A stretch of 64,000 nucleotides of DNA from Desulfurellales bacterium (GTDB lineage: Bacteria; Campylobacterota_A; Desulfurellia; Desulfurellales; Hippeaceae), in the NCBI GenBank assembly GCA_027014115.1, contig JALWEJ010000089.1, positions 8,015-72,014 of the forward strand, written 5' to 3'. The notes below the pieces were generated by a model. It was given only the letters and a program-made list of their open reading frames with translations. It did no database searches and was not told where the DNA came from. Both the position numbers and the translations under genes were made by a program. The first letter of the stretch is position 1, and each line of letters starts with the position of its first letter. This document shows, piece by piece, positions 20,646 to 29,958 of the stretch.

Positions 20646-22859
20646 CTATTTACTGCTTATAACTTTTGGCGTTACAAAGATAAACAGTTCGCTTTCGGGA
20701 TTGTAAATCCTCTTTGTTTTAAACAACCATCCCAAAAACGGTATTCTCATTAGTGCTGGAACACCACCTGTTGATTTCAGATTTGTCTTTTGTATTAACC
20801 CGCCAAGCACAACTGTTTGCCCATTATTAAGCACAACTGTTGTGTCAACCTGATTAGTGTTTATAGGAGGCTCACCATTAACTGCATGACCAAAATCAGG
20901 AGAGTCTTTTTTAACCTTAATCTTCAATATAACTTGGTTGTTATTTGTTATATGGGGAGTAACCTCAAGAGAAAGTGTGGCATTTTTAAAACTTACACTT
21001 GTAGCACCTGATGCTCCTGCACTTTCCTGATACGGAATCTGCTGCCCGCTTTCTATTTTTGCAGGCTCATTATCAAGTGTTATAACCCTTGGCGATGATA
21101 AAACTTTTGAGTATCCCTCTATTTCACCTGCTGAGAGCTTCAAATCAACATTGTAATCGGCTCTTCCTACAGCAAGACTGATAACACCTGCCATAGGAGC
21201 ATCGCTCAATGTGGCAGGTAGATTTACTATAAAGTTATTTTGCGGCAAATTGGGGTTAAATGGATTTTTTGGGGCAGTGCTTCCTCCTGCACCAAAAAAT
21301 GTGTGATCTGTTGATGCTACATTGTAATAGTTTTCGTAATTCCCTCCCCATTGTATACCAAGCTGTCTTTCAAAACTTTTTGTTATCTCAACTATTCTTG
21401 CATCAATTTCTATTGCCTTTTTCTGTTTATCGATAACTTTTGCTATTCTTTTTATTTTTTCTATATTATCCAATGTATCGTGACAGATAATGGCGTTGTT
21501 TTTGATATCCGCAACCACGAATCCGGATTTTGATTTTTCCTTATATAATAGACCGTTAATTATTTTGATGGCATAATCAGGTGTTACATAATTGAGATTA
21601 ACAATCTCAGTAACCGCATTTTTAGCTCTTTCAAGTTCCTGTTTTTCTTTTATCGCCTTTAATTCCTGTTGTTTTTCCGACTGCATTCTTTTTGCTGTTG
21701 TGATTCTTATAATATTGCCCTCTCTCTCATACACAAGACCCTTTTGCTGCATTATTAAATCAAGAGCCTGGTCCCAAGGGACATCATCAAGCTTCATTGT
21801 AAGTGTACCGTGAACATCATTGCTTGTTATAAAATTCAATCCGCTAACCTGAGAAAAAACTCTAAATACATCTTTTATATCTGTATCTCGAACATCAAAA
21901 GAAATCCTCTTTCCTGTATATTGCTTCTTTTTTATCTGCCTGGCTTTATCTTTTTTGTCTAATAAAATTACATTACTGTCACTTGTTAGCACCTTCTTGT
22001 TTTTTGCAACCTTTGATGCAGCCTGTGTATTATGAATATCAAAAATCAGATATATATGCCTTCTATCTTTATAATCTCTACGCAATGTGTAACCATTTTT
22101 TAAATATATGGCATACTTAACAATTCCGTTTTTATTTTCAACCGGCTCTATGCTTTTTATATTTGAAGAAATAGCAAGCAAATCCTGTTTCTTGAAAGCT
22201 GCTTTATCAGCTTTGGCATCATGAATTACAAAATACATAACGCCTTTTGATTTTTTTATTTCATATTTTGATGATTTGTTTAAAAGCGCTACCAACATTT
22301 CGTAGCTTTTGAATTTTCTGTACGAGATTCTTTCCAATTTATGTTTTTTTGATAATTTAACTTTCGGCTTTTTTAAAATCACCAAATCGGGTCGACTCTG
22401 TTTAGATTTTATCGTTTTATTTGTTAAATCGACCCCGCTATTAAACTTAACTCTAAATTCGCCATTTTTCTTGTATATTTTGTACGGCAGTACGGAACTG
22501 GGGAACATAAAAACGGTTCTTAGAGTTGCCTCCCCATATCTGTCAAACACTTTATCCTGTTTTGCATGGAGACTGGTTTTTGAAGTAATACCGTTGTTCT
22601 TTAAAACCAAAGAACCACTCTTGCAGTATGAGCATTTATTGACTCCAACAAAATCAACAACCAACCTCGGAGGATTTTTCAAAACAATCTTATCGTAAAG
22701 CACTTCTTCTGCCGATGAGTATTTAACGGTAAATACGTTATTGTTAAAATTGATGAGATTAACATTTGCAGAGAAGCTGTTGGTCACTGTTATGGATAGC
22801 AGAGTCAAAAACACCCAAACAGCTCTGAAAAAGTTTCTACACATAGCGCCACCTCTCAT
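20646..22859 (-). CDS. pilQ: type IV pilus secretin PilQ (AMIN domain(s) plus secretin)
   Basis: 737-aa ORF with a signal peptide, an AMIN-like N-terminus (PPRLVVDFVGV) and a C-terminal secretin core (VVLGGLIQK...GVPALMRIPFLGWLFK). It is last in the pilMNOP order. Confidence 0.9.
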   Translation of the reverse strand: MRGGAMCRNFFRAVWVFLTLLSITVTNSFSANVNLINFNNNVFTVKYSSAEEVLYDKIVLKNPPRLVVDFVGVNKCSYCKSGSLVLKNNGITSKTSLHAKQDKVFDRYGEATLRTVFMFPSSVLPYKIYKKNGEFRVKFNSGVDLTNKTIKSKQSRPDLVILKKPKVKLSKKHKLERISYRKFKSYEMLVALLNKSSKYEIKKSKGVMYFVIHDAKADKAAFKKQDLLAISSNIKSIEPVENKNGIVKYAIYLKNGYTLRRDYKDRRHIYLIFDIHNTQAASKVAKNKKVLTSDSNVILLDKKDKARQIKKKQYTGKRISFDVRDTDIKDVFRVFSQVSGLNFITSNDVHGTLTMKLDDVPWDQALDLIMQQKGLVYEREGNIIRITTAKRMQSEKQQELKAIKEKQELERAKNAVTEIVNLNYVTPDYAIKIINGLLYKEKSKSGFVVADIKNNAIICHDTLDNIEKIKRIAKVIDKQKKAIEIDARIVEITKSFERQLGIQWGGNYENYYNVASTDHTFFGAGGSTAPKNPFNPNLPQNNFIVNLPATLSDAPMAGVISLAVGRADYNVDLKLSAGEIEGYSKVLSSPRVITLDNEPAKIESGQQIPYQESAGASGATSVSFKNATLSLEVTPHITNNNQVILKIKVKKDSPDFGHAVNGEPPINTNQVDTTVVLNNGQTVVLGGLIQKTNLKSTGGVPALMRIPFLGWLFKTKRIYNPESELFIFVTPKVISSK

Positions 22860-23272
22860 TTTTTATTCATTTTGAGAGTAGCACTTTTTATTCCTTTCTT
22901 AGTTTTAAATGACAGTATAATACCATCTTTGATTATTTTTGATACATACACACCGTCTGCAATCTTGTAATTTTTATAGATAACTATAGGTGTGCCAGAG
23001 GGCCCTACAATCAAAGCGGCGTTCATTTTTGTGTTTCTTTTGCTATAAACAACACCTTTAATTGTTATTGAATTTACTATCTTTTGAATTTTTTCTTTAA
23101 TTTTTTGTTCTTGTGATACTTTTAATTTTTGTATAATAACCTGTTCTTTTGCTTTAAGTTGTCTAAGTTTTATAAGATCCATAAAAGGATCGCGTCCAAG
23201 TGTCAAATTAAAAGCATATGAATCTGCACACAATATAATTAATGAAAAAAAAGAAATCAAAAATCTTCTCAT
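22856..23272 (-). CDS. pilP: PilP-like pilus assembly protein
   Basis: 138-aa exported protein between pilO and pilQ. Its C-terminal beta domain (ALIVGPSGTPIVIYKNYKIADGVYVSKIIKDGIILSF) is typical of PilP. Confidence 0.6.
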   Translation of the reverse strand: MRRFLISFFSLIILCADSYAFNLTLGRDPFMDLIKLRQLKAKEQVIIQKLKVSQEQKIKEKIQKIVNSITIKGVVYSKRNTKMNAALIVGPSGTPIVIYKNYKIADGVYVSKIIKDGIILSFKTKKGIKSATLKMNKK

Positions 23273-23285
23273 TTAAACCCACTTT

Positions 23286-23831
23286 CTATTTTTTGAAATA
23301 ATATGTTTCAGCATTAAATTTAACATGCAGCAACACCTTGTGAGAATTAATTACTTTTGGATTTGTCACAGAAAAATTGTTTATCTTAAACAATCTACTC
23401 ATTCTTGAAACATCCTCAAAAACAGAACCGCAGTTTTTATATGTAGACACAATGGTCACATTTATCGGTTTTATGTAGTATATTTTCTTATCAACAGCAT
23501 TCTTGGGCGTAAAAGACATCAAAGAAACATCCTCACTTTTAATAATATTTGTAAGTTTTACAAGCAAAGATGGTATCTCCTCTTTAACAGGAAGCTCATT
23601 TTTATATTTATTAAATTCCATCTGTGCCTTTTTGTATTTAACCTTTAGCCCTGGAAGCTGTCTTTTAAACTTATAAAGTTTGTTTACCTCAGCTTGTAGA
23701 GAATCTGCTTTTTTTGCAGCATCTATATAATAAAAATAATACCATCCACCACCAATAAGTAAAACCGTAACAACAATAATGGCAGCTTTTGCACCAAAAG
23801 ACAATTTATCTATTTTTTCTTGGAATTCCAT
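23286..23831 (-). CDS. pilO: PilO-like pilus assembly protein
   Basis: 181-aa bitopic protein (TM helix, then coiled coil, then ferredoxin-like domain) in the pilMNOPQ context. Confidence 0.7.
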   Translation of the reverse strand: MEFQEKIDKLSFGAKAAIIVVTVLLIGGGWYYFYYIDAAKKADSLQAEVNKLYKFKRQLPGLKVKYKKAQMEFNKYKNELPVKEEIPSLLVKLTNIIKSEDVSLMSFTPKNAVDKKIYYIKPINVTIVSTYKNCGSVFEDVSRMSRLFKINNFSVTNPKVINSHKVLLHVKFNAETYYFKK

Positions 23832-23834
23832 ACC

Positions 23835-24401
23835 CTATCCTTTAAGTGTAACAATAAGATCAAATCCATACAAGTTTCTGTATTTGGACATTCTAACAAG
23901 CCCTTTACCTCTAAACCTTACTTTTTGAACACCCTTGATATTTTCCAGATTAGTCATATATGCCGCAACAGCCTCTGTTGAAAAGCTTTTTCCTTCAATC
24001 GTCAGCGTATTGCCTTTTTTCTCAAATCTCGTTAACCAAATACCGTCTGTCGGCATAACATTGGCAATCTCTTCAAGTATTTTATATGCTCTTCCCCTAT
24101 TTTGACTGAGTCTTTTTATGGTTGATATCTTTATATTTATCTGCTTTAGCTGTCTTTTTATTGTTTTTACCTTTTTTTCTATACTCCTAAGCTTATTTCT
24201 CTTTTGGGTTAACAGTTCAATCTCGTTGTTCATTTTCAGTGTCATTAAAGATATACCAACAACCTCAACAACAAAAATAACCACAAAAGATAAAATAAAT
24301 ATATTGGGTGTACCAAAAGAAAGATTAAAAGATACAGAAGGCATTTTGCCTATTTTTGATTTGCTTTTTTTTGTTGTTCCAAGCAAACTTATCTCTATCA
24401 T
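23835..24401 (-). CDS. pilN: PilN-like pilus assembly protein
   Basis: 188-aa bitopic protein with N-terminus MIEISLL (a PilM-binding INLLP-type motif), a TM helix and a coiled coil. It overlaps the pilM stop. Confidence 0.75.
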   Translation of the reverse strand: MIEISLLGTTKKSKSKIGKMPSVSFNLSFGTPNIFILSFVVIFVVEVVGISLMTLKMNNEIELLTQKRNKLRSIEKKVKTIKRQLKQINIKISTIKRLSQNRGRAYKILEEIANVMPTDGIWLTRFEKKGNTLTIEGKSFSTEAVAAYMTNLENIKGVQKVRFRGKGLVRMSKYRNLYGFDLIVTLKG

Positions 24402-25444
24402 AAGCTTCTAACCGCCAAACCTACAGCAAGTGAGTATAAAGACGATTCGTTAGATAATATATCCTCAAAACCTGAATTATTCACAACAAAAACATTAAAG
24501 GGCTTTATTCTTGCAATATTTCTTTTTATAATATCCTCTGGCATGGTATTTTTTAAATATTCAAACATAATACCAATAGCACCAGAGAAGATTATGTTAT
24601 CAATTTCATCATATGTTGTCAAAACATTTGCTTCATAAAAACCAATAGAATTTTTAATTTGTATGTACAGCTTAGATATTTTATCCTGCATAAAAGTTAA
24701 TAAAACTTCCTTCTTTGAATCTTCCATCTCTTGAAACTTTTCGAACATAATGGCTGATTCATCTTGAGATACACTAAATACAGATGCTGCTTCTTCTATT
24801 ATATATTTAAACCCAAAATCAACATACCTGCTGAATGTTGGTATCTCATTCTTTGTAAATATTAATTTTGTCGAATTATAGCCAACATCAATAAGCATAT
24901 TATGTTTGGATGACTCCTCATATTCGTTTCTAAAAAAAGCATTTGCCAAAGCAAAAATATCTACATCCAACACCTCTATATTAAGTTTTGCTTTTTTAAA
25001 AGCCTCTTTATAGGATTCAACTATCTCTTTTTTTGTCAATACTATCAAAACTGTCATTTTGTTTTTATCAGCATCCTTATCCATAACCTGATAACTTACA
25101 TTTACCTGATCCATACCAAAAGGTGCATACTGTTCTGCTTCCCACATAACAGCCTGTTCTATCTCTTCATCAACAACAAGAGGCATAGTTACAGTTTTCG
25201 TTATAACAAACGAACTATTTAGAGCTACTGCAACATTCTTGTTTTTTATCTTATAATTTGAAAAAACACTCTTTAGAAATTCTGAAGCTATATCTGCATT
25301 AATCTTTTCTTGAACAAAAAAATCTTTGGGAGTTTTTTCCTTTGCAACATTTTCTATTGTAGCAACACCCTTTTTTTCCTTAATCTCAACAACTTTTGTG
25401 TAGTAACTTCCTATGTCGAGACCTGCAAAACTTTTTTTTGCCAC
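24398..25444 (-). CDS. pilM: PilM, actin-like ATPase of the type IV pilus alignment complex
   Basis: 348-aa ORF (GLDIGSYYTKVVEI..., DVGYNSTKL...) with a GTG start and AAGGAG 8 nt upstream. It is first in the pilMNOPQ operon. Confidence 0.88.
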   Translation of the reverse strand: MAKKSFAGLDIGSYYTKVVEIKEKKGVATIENVAKEKTPKDFFVQEKINADIASEFLKSVFSNYKIKNKNVAVALNSSFVITKTVTMPLVVDEEIEQAVMWEAEQYAPFGMDQVNVSYQVMDKDADKNKMTVLIVLTKKEIVESYKEAFKKAKLNIEVLDVDIFALANAFFRNEYEESSKHNMLIDVGYNSTKLIFTKNEIPTFSRYVDFGFKYIIEEAASVFSVSQDESAIMFEKFQEMEDSKKEVLLTFMQDKISKLYIQIKNSIGFYEANVLTTYDEIDNIIFSGAIGIMFEYLKNTMPEDIIKRNIARIKPFNVFVVNNSGFEDILSNESSLYSLAVGLAVRSL

Positions 25445-25481
25445 TCAAAAGACTCCTTTATAAAAAATAAAACCTACATAG

Positions 25482-25510
25482 AAAATAAACAATTTGTAAA
25501 CAGCTGTCAA
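25482..25510 (-). promoter_or_regulatory. candidate sigma70 promoter of pilMNOPQ
   Basis: Minus strand reads TTGACA (25510-25505), a 17-nt spacer, then TATTTT (25487-25482), about 40 nt upstream of the pilM start. Confidence 0.45.
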
Positions 25511-25540
25511 CAAAATTTTGAAATAGCAAAAAACATTCCT

Positions 25541-25570
25541 AAAATAAAGCAAATCAGGGGGGCATGCCCC
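25541..25570 (-). terminator. weak candidate terminator after the exported-protein gene
   Basis: The palindrome GGGGGCATGCCCCC (25557-25570) gives a 5-bp GC stem with a 4-nt loop. It is followed on the minus strand by U-rich CUGAUUUGCUUUAUUUU. Confidence 0.4.
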
Positions 25571-25581
25571 CACACCCTGGA

Positions 25582-26469
25582 TTATTTAAGAAGACCATTT
25601 AGAGAGCTGTCAATCTCACCTGGCATAGACATATGGGCTGAAAATGCACCCATACCTGCATCCATAAAGTATAGAGACATTCTATACATCTCGGGCAAGA
25701 CCCAAGCAGCTATGCCATTTTTATTCATTATAACTATTTCTATCGGAAATGCACAAAGATGGTCATATCCTCCGATTTTAAAAGCCTCTTTTTCAAATTT
25801 TGGGTTAGAAACTCCAATGACAACTGCTTTATTCAATTTAACCTGATAAATTTTTGTCCAACCGTTTATATGCTTTGCCAAAGACGCATTCAAAGCTTTT
25901 ACTGCCTCATCAATAGATTTAAACTCTTTTCCACCTATTTTTGAAATTGTATAGATGCTCTGCCCCATCATCTGCCAATCACCGATTTCTTCTTCATCTG
26001 TTGAATAACCAAACTCTTTTTTTGCAGCTTTAATATTGGCAACCTTTAACAAATCAGACTCAAGCATTTTTTTGACATTAAATGCAGCTTTTTGAAGTTT
26101 ACTCTTCCCTTTTGCAAAAGCATCAACAACATAAACAGGATTTGTAAACATAATTTTATTTGCACCCTTTATCTGTTGTATGCCAACTCTTAAAGGAACA
26201 GCAAAAAATGAAACTCTTCCTGTTTTATCAACAGCATCAAAGAATGCTTTATTCTCAAGAATCAAAACTGTGAGGCTCTTGTTGCCTGCCGGATTAAATA
26301 TTCCTACGACTTTAAAATCTTTATTCAATGCAGCCTTTACATCCTTTACAACTGCAGTATGGTTGGATGTTTGAATACTACCGACCAATTCGTAAGTTGT
26401 CAAACCCGCATAAGAAAAATTAGACAAAAAAATCAGAAGGAAAACCGAAAGAAATAATCTCTTAAACAT
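25582..26469 (-). CDS. hypothetical exported protein
   Basis: 295-aa ORF with a signal peptide (MFKRLFLSVFLLIFLSNFSYA). I recognise no family motif. Confidence 0.6.
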   Translation of the reverse strand: MFKRLFLSVFLLIFLSNFSYAGLTTYELVGSIQTSNHTAVVKDVKAALNKDFKVVGIFNPAGNKSLTVLILENKAFFDAVDKTGRVSFFAVPLRVGIQQIKGANKIMFTNPVYVVDAFAKGKSKLQKAAFNVKKMLESDLLKVANIKAAKKEFGYSTDEEEIGDWQMMGQSIYTISKIGGKEFKSIDEAVKALNASLAKHINGWTKIYQVKLNKAVVIGVSNPKFEKEAFKIGGYDHLCAFPIEIVIMNKNGIAAWVLPEMYRMSLYFMDAGMGAFSAHMSMPGEIDSSLNGLLK

Positions 26470-26636
26470 AACAACCTCCTAAAAATTATTTGTACATCTT
26501 ATATTATTTTATAATCAATAAGTCAATAATATTACACTGCGATCTCTATCCCAAAGTTTTCATACAAACTTCTTTTTGAACTTTGTCTGATTGTGTGATA
26601 TATTTCAAATGTATGTAATTTTTTGGGGGTAAAGTT

Positions 26637-27989
26637 ATGGATAAAAAAAAGATTCTGTTAAACGATGAAGACATTCCCAAGTATTGGTATAACATACTTG
26701 GAGATATGCCTACACCACTTAGTCCACCACTAAATCCGGCAACACAAAAACCTTTAACAGCCGATGATTTGAAGATTTTTCCAAACGCAATAATAGAGCA
26801 GGAAATGACTACCCAAAAAGAGATACCCATACCGGACAAGGTTAGAGAAATTTATTCAATGTGGAGACCCACACCTCTTGTTAGGGCATACGGTTTGGAA
26901 AAGGCTTTGGGCACACCTGCAAAGATATACTATAAAAACGAGTCAGTATCACCTGCAGGAAGCCATAAACCAAATACAGCCATAGCACAAGCCTACTATA
27001 ATAAGATAGAAGGTGTAAATACTTTAACAACGGAAACAGGAGCCGGTCAATGGGGAAGTGCTCTTGCTCTGGCAGGAAGTCTTCTTGATATGACAATCAG
27101 GGTTTATATGGTCAAGGTAAGCTACAACCAAAAACCGTTTAGAAAATCAATGATTCATCTTTGGGGTGCAGAGGTTTTTGCGTCACCAAGCGATAAGACA
27201 CAAATAGGAAGAGAAATACTAAAACAAGACCCTAACAATCCCGGAAGTCTGGGGCTTGCAATCAGTGAAGCCATTGAGGATGCAGCCACTCACGAAAACA
27301 CAAACTATGCTCTTGGAAGTGTTTTAAACCATGTTCTTCTACATCAAACCGTTATAGGACTCGAAGCAAAAAAACAACTTGAAATGGTTGGCGATTATCC
27401 CGACGTTGTGCTCGCTCCATGTGGAGGAGGCAGCAATCTTGGGGGTATAGGGTTGCCGTTTGTAAGGGATAAAATTAACGGACAAAACGTAAGAGTCGTA
27501 GCTGTTGAACCAAAAAGCTGTCCGACTTTAACAAAGGGCGTTTTTCAATATGACTATGCTGATGTTGCAAAAATGACACCACTTTTGAGAATGTATACGC
27601 TTGGTCATAACTTCATGCCGCCAAGTATCCATGCGGGAGGTTTGAGATACCATGGAGATTCTCCAATTTTGAGCCAATTAAGAAAAGACGGGCTACTTGA
27701 TGCTGTTGCATATAATCAAACAGAGGTTTTTGAAGCTGGGGCTTTTTTTGCAAAAACAGAAGGCATAATACCGGCACCTGAAACATGTCATGCAATAAAG
27801 GGAGCAATAGATGAAGCAAATAAAGCAAAAGAAGAGCAAAAAGAAAAAACAATACTAATATGTTTTTCAGGTCATGGTCATTTTGATATGGCAAGTTATG
27901 ATACATTCCTATCAGGTGAAATGTCGGATTATGAATACCCTGAAGAAAAGGTAAAAGAAGCACTGCAATATTTGCCTAAAATAGATTAA
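26637..27989 (+). CDS. TrpB-like PLP-dependent enzyme (long TrpB2-type tryptophan synthase beta chain)
   Basis: 450-aa ORF. The sequence [15 protein letters not shown] carries the PLP lysine context, and there is a GGGSN loop. Its length and N-terminal extension are typical of TrpB2. GGGGGT lies upstream of the ATG. Confidence 0.85.
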   Translation: MDKKKILLNDEDIPKYWYNILGDMPTPLSPPLNPATQKPLTADDLKIFPNAIIEQEMTTQKEIPIPDKVREIYSMWRPTPLVRAYGLEKALGTPAKIYYKNESVSPAGSHKPNTAIAQAYYNKIEGVNTLTTETGAGQWGSALALAGSLLDMTIRVYMVKVSYNQKPFRKSMIHLWGAEVFASPSDKTQIGREILKQDPNNPGSLGLAISEAIEDAATHENTNYALGSVLNHVLLHQTVIGLEAKKQLEMVGDYPDVVLAPCGGGSNLGGIGLPFVRDKINGQNVRVVAVEPKSCPTLTKGVFQYDYADVAKMTPLLRMYTLGHNFMPPSIHAGGLRYHGDSPILSQLRKDGLLDAVAYNQTEVFEAGAFFAKTEGIIPAPETCHAIKGAIDEANKAKEEQKEKTILICFSGHGHFDMASYDTFLSGEMSDYEYPEEKVKEALQYLPKID

Positions 27990-28007
27990 AATTAACAGGA
28001 GGTTTTT

Positions 28008-28499
28008 ATGATCGGTAAAGTTATGGAAGATGCTATTAACAAACAGATAAATGAAGAAATGTATTCAGCCTATCTCTATCTTTCCATGTCTGCATATTTT
28101 GAATCCATCAATTTAAAAGGTTTTGCAAACTGGATGTTTGTTCAATATCAAGAAGAGGTGGAGCATGCAATGAAATTCAACGAACATTTGAAAAACAGAG
28201 GCGGAAGACTTAAGTTGTTTGCAATAGCAGAACCGCCAAGCGAATGGAAATCTCCTCTTGATGCATTTAAAGCAACACTTGCACACGAACAGCACATCAC
28301 AAAATGCATAAATGAACTTGTTGATTTAGCAGAAAAGGAAAAAGACAGGGCAGCATACAATATGCTGCAGTGGTTTATTGATGAACAGGTTGAAGAAGAG
28401 TCAAACGACGAAGAGATTATAGCCCAACTGGAAATGATTGGTGACAATAAAAACGGTCTTTTGATGCTTGACAAAGAACTATCTCAAAGACAAGCTTAA
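28008..28499 (+). CDS. ftn: ferritin (non-haem, Ftn type)
   Basis: 163-aa four-helix-bundle ORF with ferroxidase ligand contexts (EEMYSAYLYLSMSAYF, QEEVEHAMKF, EQHITKCINEL, FIDEQVEEE). GGAGG lies upstream. Confidence 0.9.
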   Translation: MIGKVMEDAINKQINEEMYSAYLYLSMSAYFESINLKGFANWMFVQYQEEVEHAMKFNEHLKNRGGRLKLFAIAEPPSEWKSPLDAFKATLAHEQHITKCINELVDLAEKEKDRAAYNMLQWFIDEQVEEESNDEEIIAQLEMIGDNKNGLLMLDKELSQRQA

Positions 28500-28512
28500 A
28501 AATAACATCCCT

Positions 28513-28540
28513 AAGCCCGATTTTTTTCGGGCTTTTTTTA
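28513..28540 (+). terminator. Rho-independent terminator after ftn
   Basis: AAGCCCGA (28513-28520) pairs with TCGGGCTT (28527-28534) and is followed by a T run. Confidence 0.85.
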
Positions 28541-28684
28541 TTCCAAAAGTTTAATAAACTGAACATTATAAATACAAAAACATTTGTTAAATTATTCATA
28601 ATAACGAAACAACAATAAAACTTTCTTGTCATAACAACAATAATTTAGATATTGAATTTTTTATAAATAATTCAAATAACATAC

Positions 28685-28712
28685 TTGACTTTTATGTTCT
28701 TTTTACTAAACT
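28685..28712 (+). promoter_or_regulatory. candidate sigma70 promoter of the small-RNA candidate
   Basis: TTGACT (28685-28690), a 16-nt spacer, then TAAACT (28707-28712). Confidence 0.5.
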
Positions 28713-28718
28713 AATTCA

Positions 28719-28858
28719 CCGAGTGTGGGGCTTGTATGTCCTACCATTTTTCGCAGGTTAACCTGCACCTCATCTTGTGTTTTATTTCCTCTTTTGTCAC
28801 ATCTGATTTTTCTCTTCTTGGTTTGGCCCACATTTTTAAAGGGCCCACACTCTTTTTT
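28719..28858 (+). ncRNA. candidate stand-alone small RNA (about 140 nt, CU-rich core), family unknown
   Basis: It has its own promoter. The 5' GAGUGUGGG (28721-28729) pairs with CCCACACUC (28844-28852), followed directly by UUUUUU. There is an internal hairpin GCAGG-UUAA-CCUGC (28753-28766). No credible ORF is present, and fbp downstream has its own promoter. Confidence 0.45.
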
Positions 28859-28901
28859 CTTAAATTTTTATCTTAAAAAGCAATAAGATGAATTTTCATT
28901 C

Positions 28902-28930
28902 TTGATAGAAAATCTATAAAATGATAACCT
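28902..28930 (+). promoter_or_regulatory. candidate sigma70 promoter with extended -10, for fbp
   Basis: TTGATA (28902-28907), a 17-nt spacer ending in TGa, then TAACCT (28925-28930), 33 nt upstream of the fbp ATG. Confidence 0.45.
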
Positions 28931-28962
28931 AAGTAATAACAAATAAATTGTGGAGGTTGAAC

Positions 28963-29955
28963 ATGAGCAATGCACCTGTAAGTTTAAGCAGGTTTATGCT
29001 TGAAGAGGAAAGAAAACATAAAGAAGCCGTTGGAGATTTTACGATTATTTTGGAACAGATAGCATTTGCCGCAAAGATTATATCAAGAGAAGTAAATAAA
29101 GCCGGACTTGTAAATATTTTAGGAAGCACAGAAAGCCACAATGTACACGGAGAAACTCAACAAAAACTGGATCTATTTTCAAATGAAGAGATGATAAAGG
29201 CGTTAGATCCCACAGGTAAAGTATACGCTATGGCATCGGAAGAGGTTGATGAATTAATACCCGTAAGCGACAAAAGTTTGGAAGGAAAATATGCAGTTGT
29301 TTTTGACCCACTTGACGGTTCAAGCAATATCGATGTTAATGTAAGCATAGGCACAATTTTTGGTATATACAAAAAAGTCGAAAGCCAAAACCCTGTAGAC
29401 TCTCTTTTGCAAAAAGGAAAAGAACTATTGTGTGCCGGATATGTGATATACGGCTCAAGCACAATGTTTGTGTATACAACAGGAAATGGTGTAAACGGAT
29501 TTACGCTGGATCCAAGTGTCGGTGAATTTCTCTTATCCCATCAAGACATTAAAATACCTGAATACGGCAAAATCTACAGTATAAATGAATCAAATTATGA
29601 CAGATGGGCAAAAGGTATTCAGGAATATGTAAAATTTATAAAAAACCACCCCGACAGGCAGTACACAGCAAGGTGGATTGGCTCACTTGTTGCAGATTTT
29701 CACAGAAATCTTTTAAAAGGTGGGGTTTTTTTGTACACTGAGGATTCAAAGAAGAATAAAAACGGTAAACTAAGACTGCTGTATGAGGCAAACCCCATGT
29801 CATTTATTGTTGAACAAGCCGGGGGTTTATCCACAAACGGACAGATGAGAATTCTTGATATAAAACCTACATCACTGCACGAAAAAACCCCATTAATACT
29901 CGGTTCAAAATATGAGGTTGAAAAATATTTGGAATTCAGGGAAAAATACGTATAA
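28963..29955 (+). CDS. fbp: fructose-1,6-bisphosphatase class 1
   Basis: MSNAPVSLSRFMLEE..., with AVVFDPLDGSSNIDVNVSIGTIFGIY and GKLRLLYEANPMSFIVEQAGG, is canonical FBPase I. The ATG at 28963 follows GGAGG, and the track's TTG at 28948 overlaps that RBS. Confidence 0.93.
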   Translation: MSNAPVSLSRFMLEEERKHKEAVGDFTIILEQIAFAAKIISREVNKAGLVNILGSTESHNVHGETQQKLDLFSNEEMIKALDPTGKVYAMASEEVDELIPVSDKSLEGKYAVVFDPLDGSSNIDVNVSIGTIFGIYKKVESQNPVDSLLQKGKELLCAGYVIYGSSTMFVYTTGNGVNGFTLDPSVGEFLLSHQDIKIPEYGKIYSINESNYDRWAKGIQEYVKFIKNHPDRQYTARWIGSLVADFHRNLLKGGVFLYTEDSKKNKNGKLRLLYEANPMSFIVEQAGGLSTNGQMRILDIKPTSLHEKTPLILGSKYEVEKYLEFREKYV

Positions 29956-29958
29956 GCA

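Noticed and set aside
26470-26636. A Fur-box-like AT-rich sequence (TATAATCAATAAGTCAATAATATTA) upstream of the trpB2-ftn pair.
   Set aside because: It has only a loose resemblance to the GATAATGATAATCATTATC consensus, in a generally AT-rich genome. This is not distinguishable from background by eye.
26546-26839. 97-aa minus-strand ORF spanning the trpB2 start region.
   Set aside because: It overlaps the well-supported TrpB2 N-terminus on the opposite strand, has no RBS and has an implausible composition.
28417-28632. 71-aa minus-strand ORF in the ftn-fbp gap.
   Set aside because: It reads straight through the ftn terminator hairpin and into the ftn 3' end, so it is almost certainly spurious.
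28719-28858. Identification of the ftn-fbp small RNA candidate as 6S RNA or SRP (4.5S) RNA.
   Set aside because: It has no GGAAGCAGC-type SRP domain IV motif. It is too short and lacks the long bulged rod of 6S. A much better 6S candidate sits at 53433-53616 in the classic synteny.
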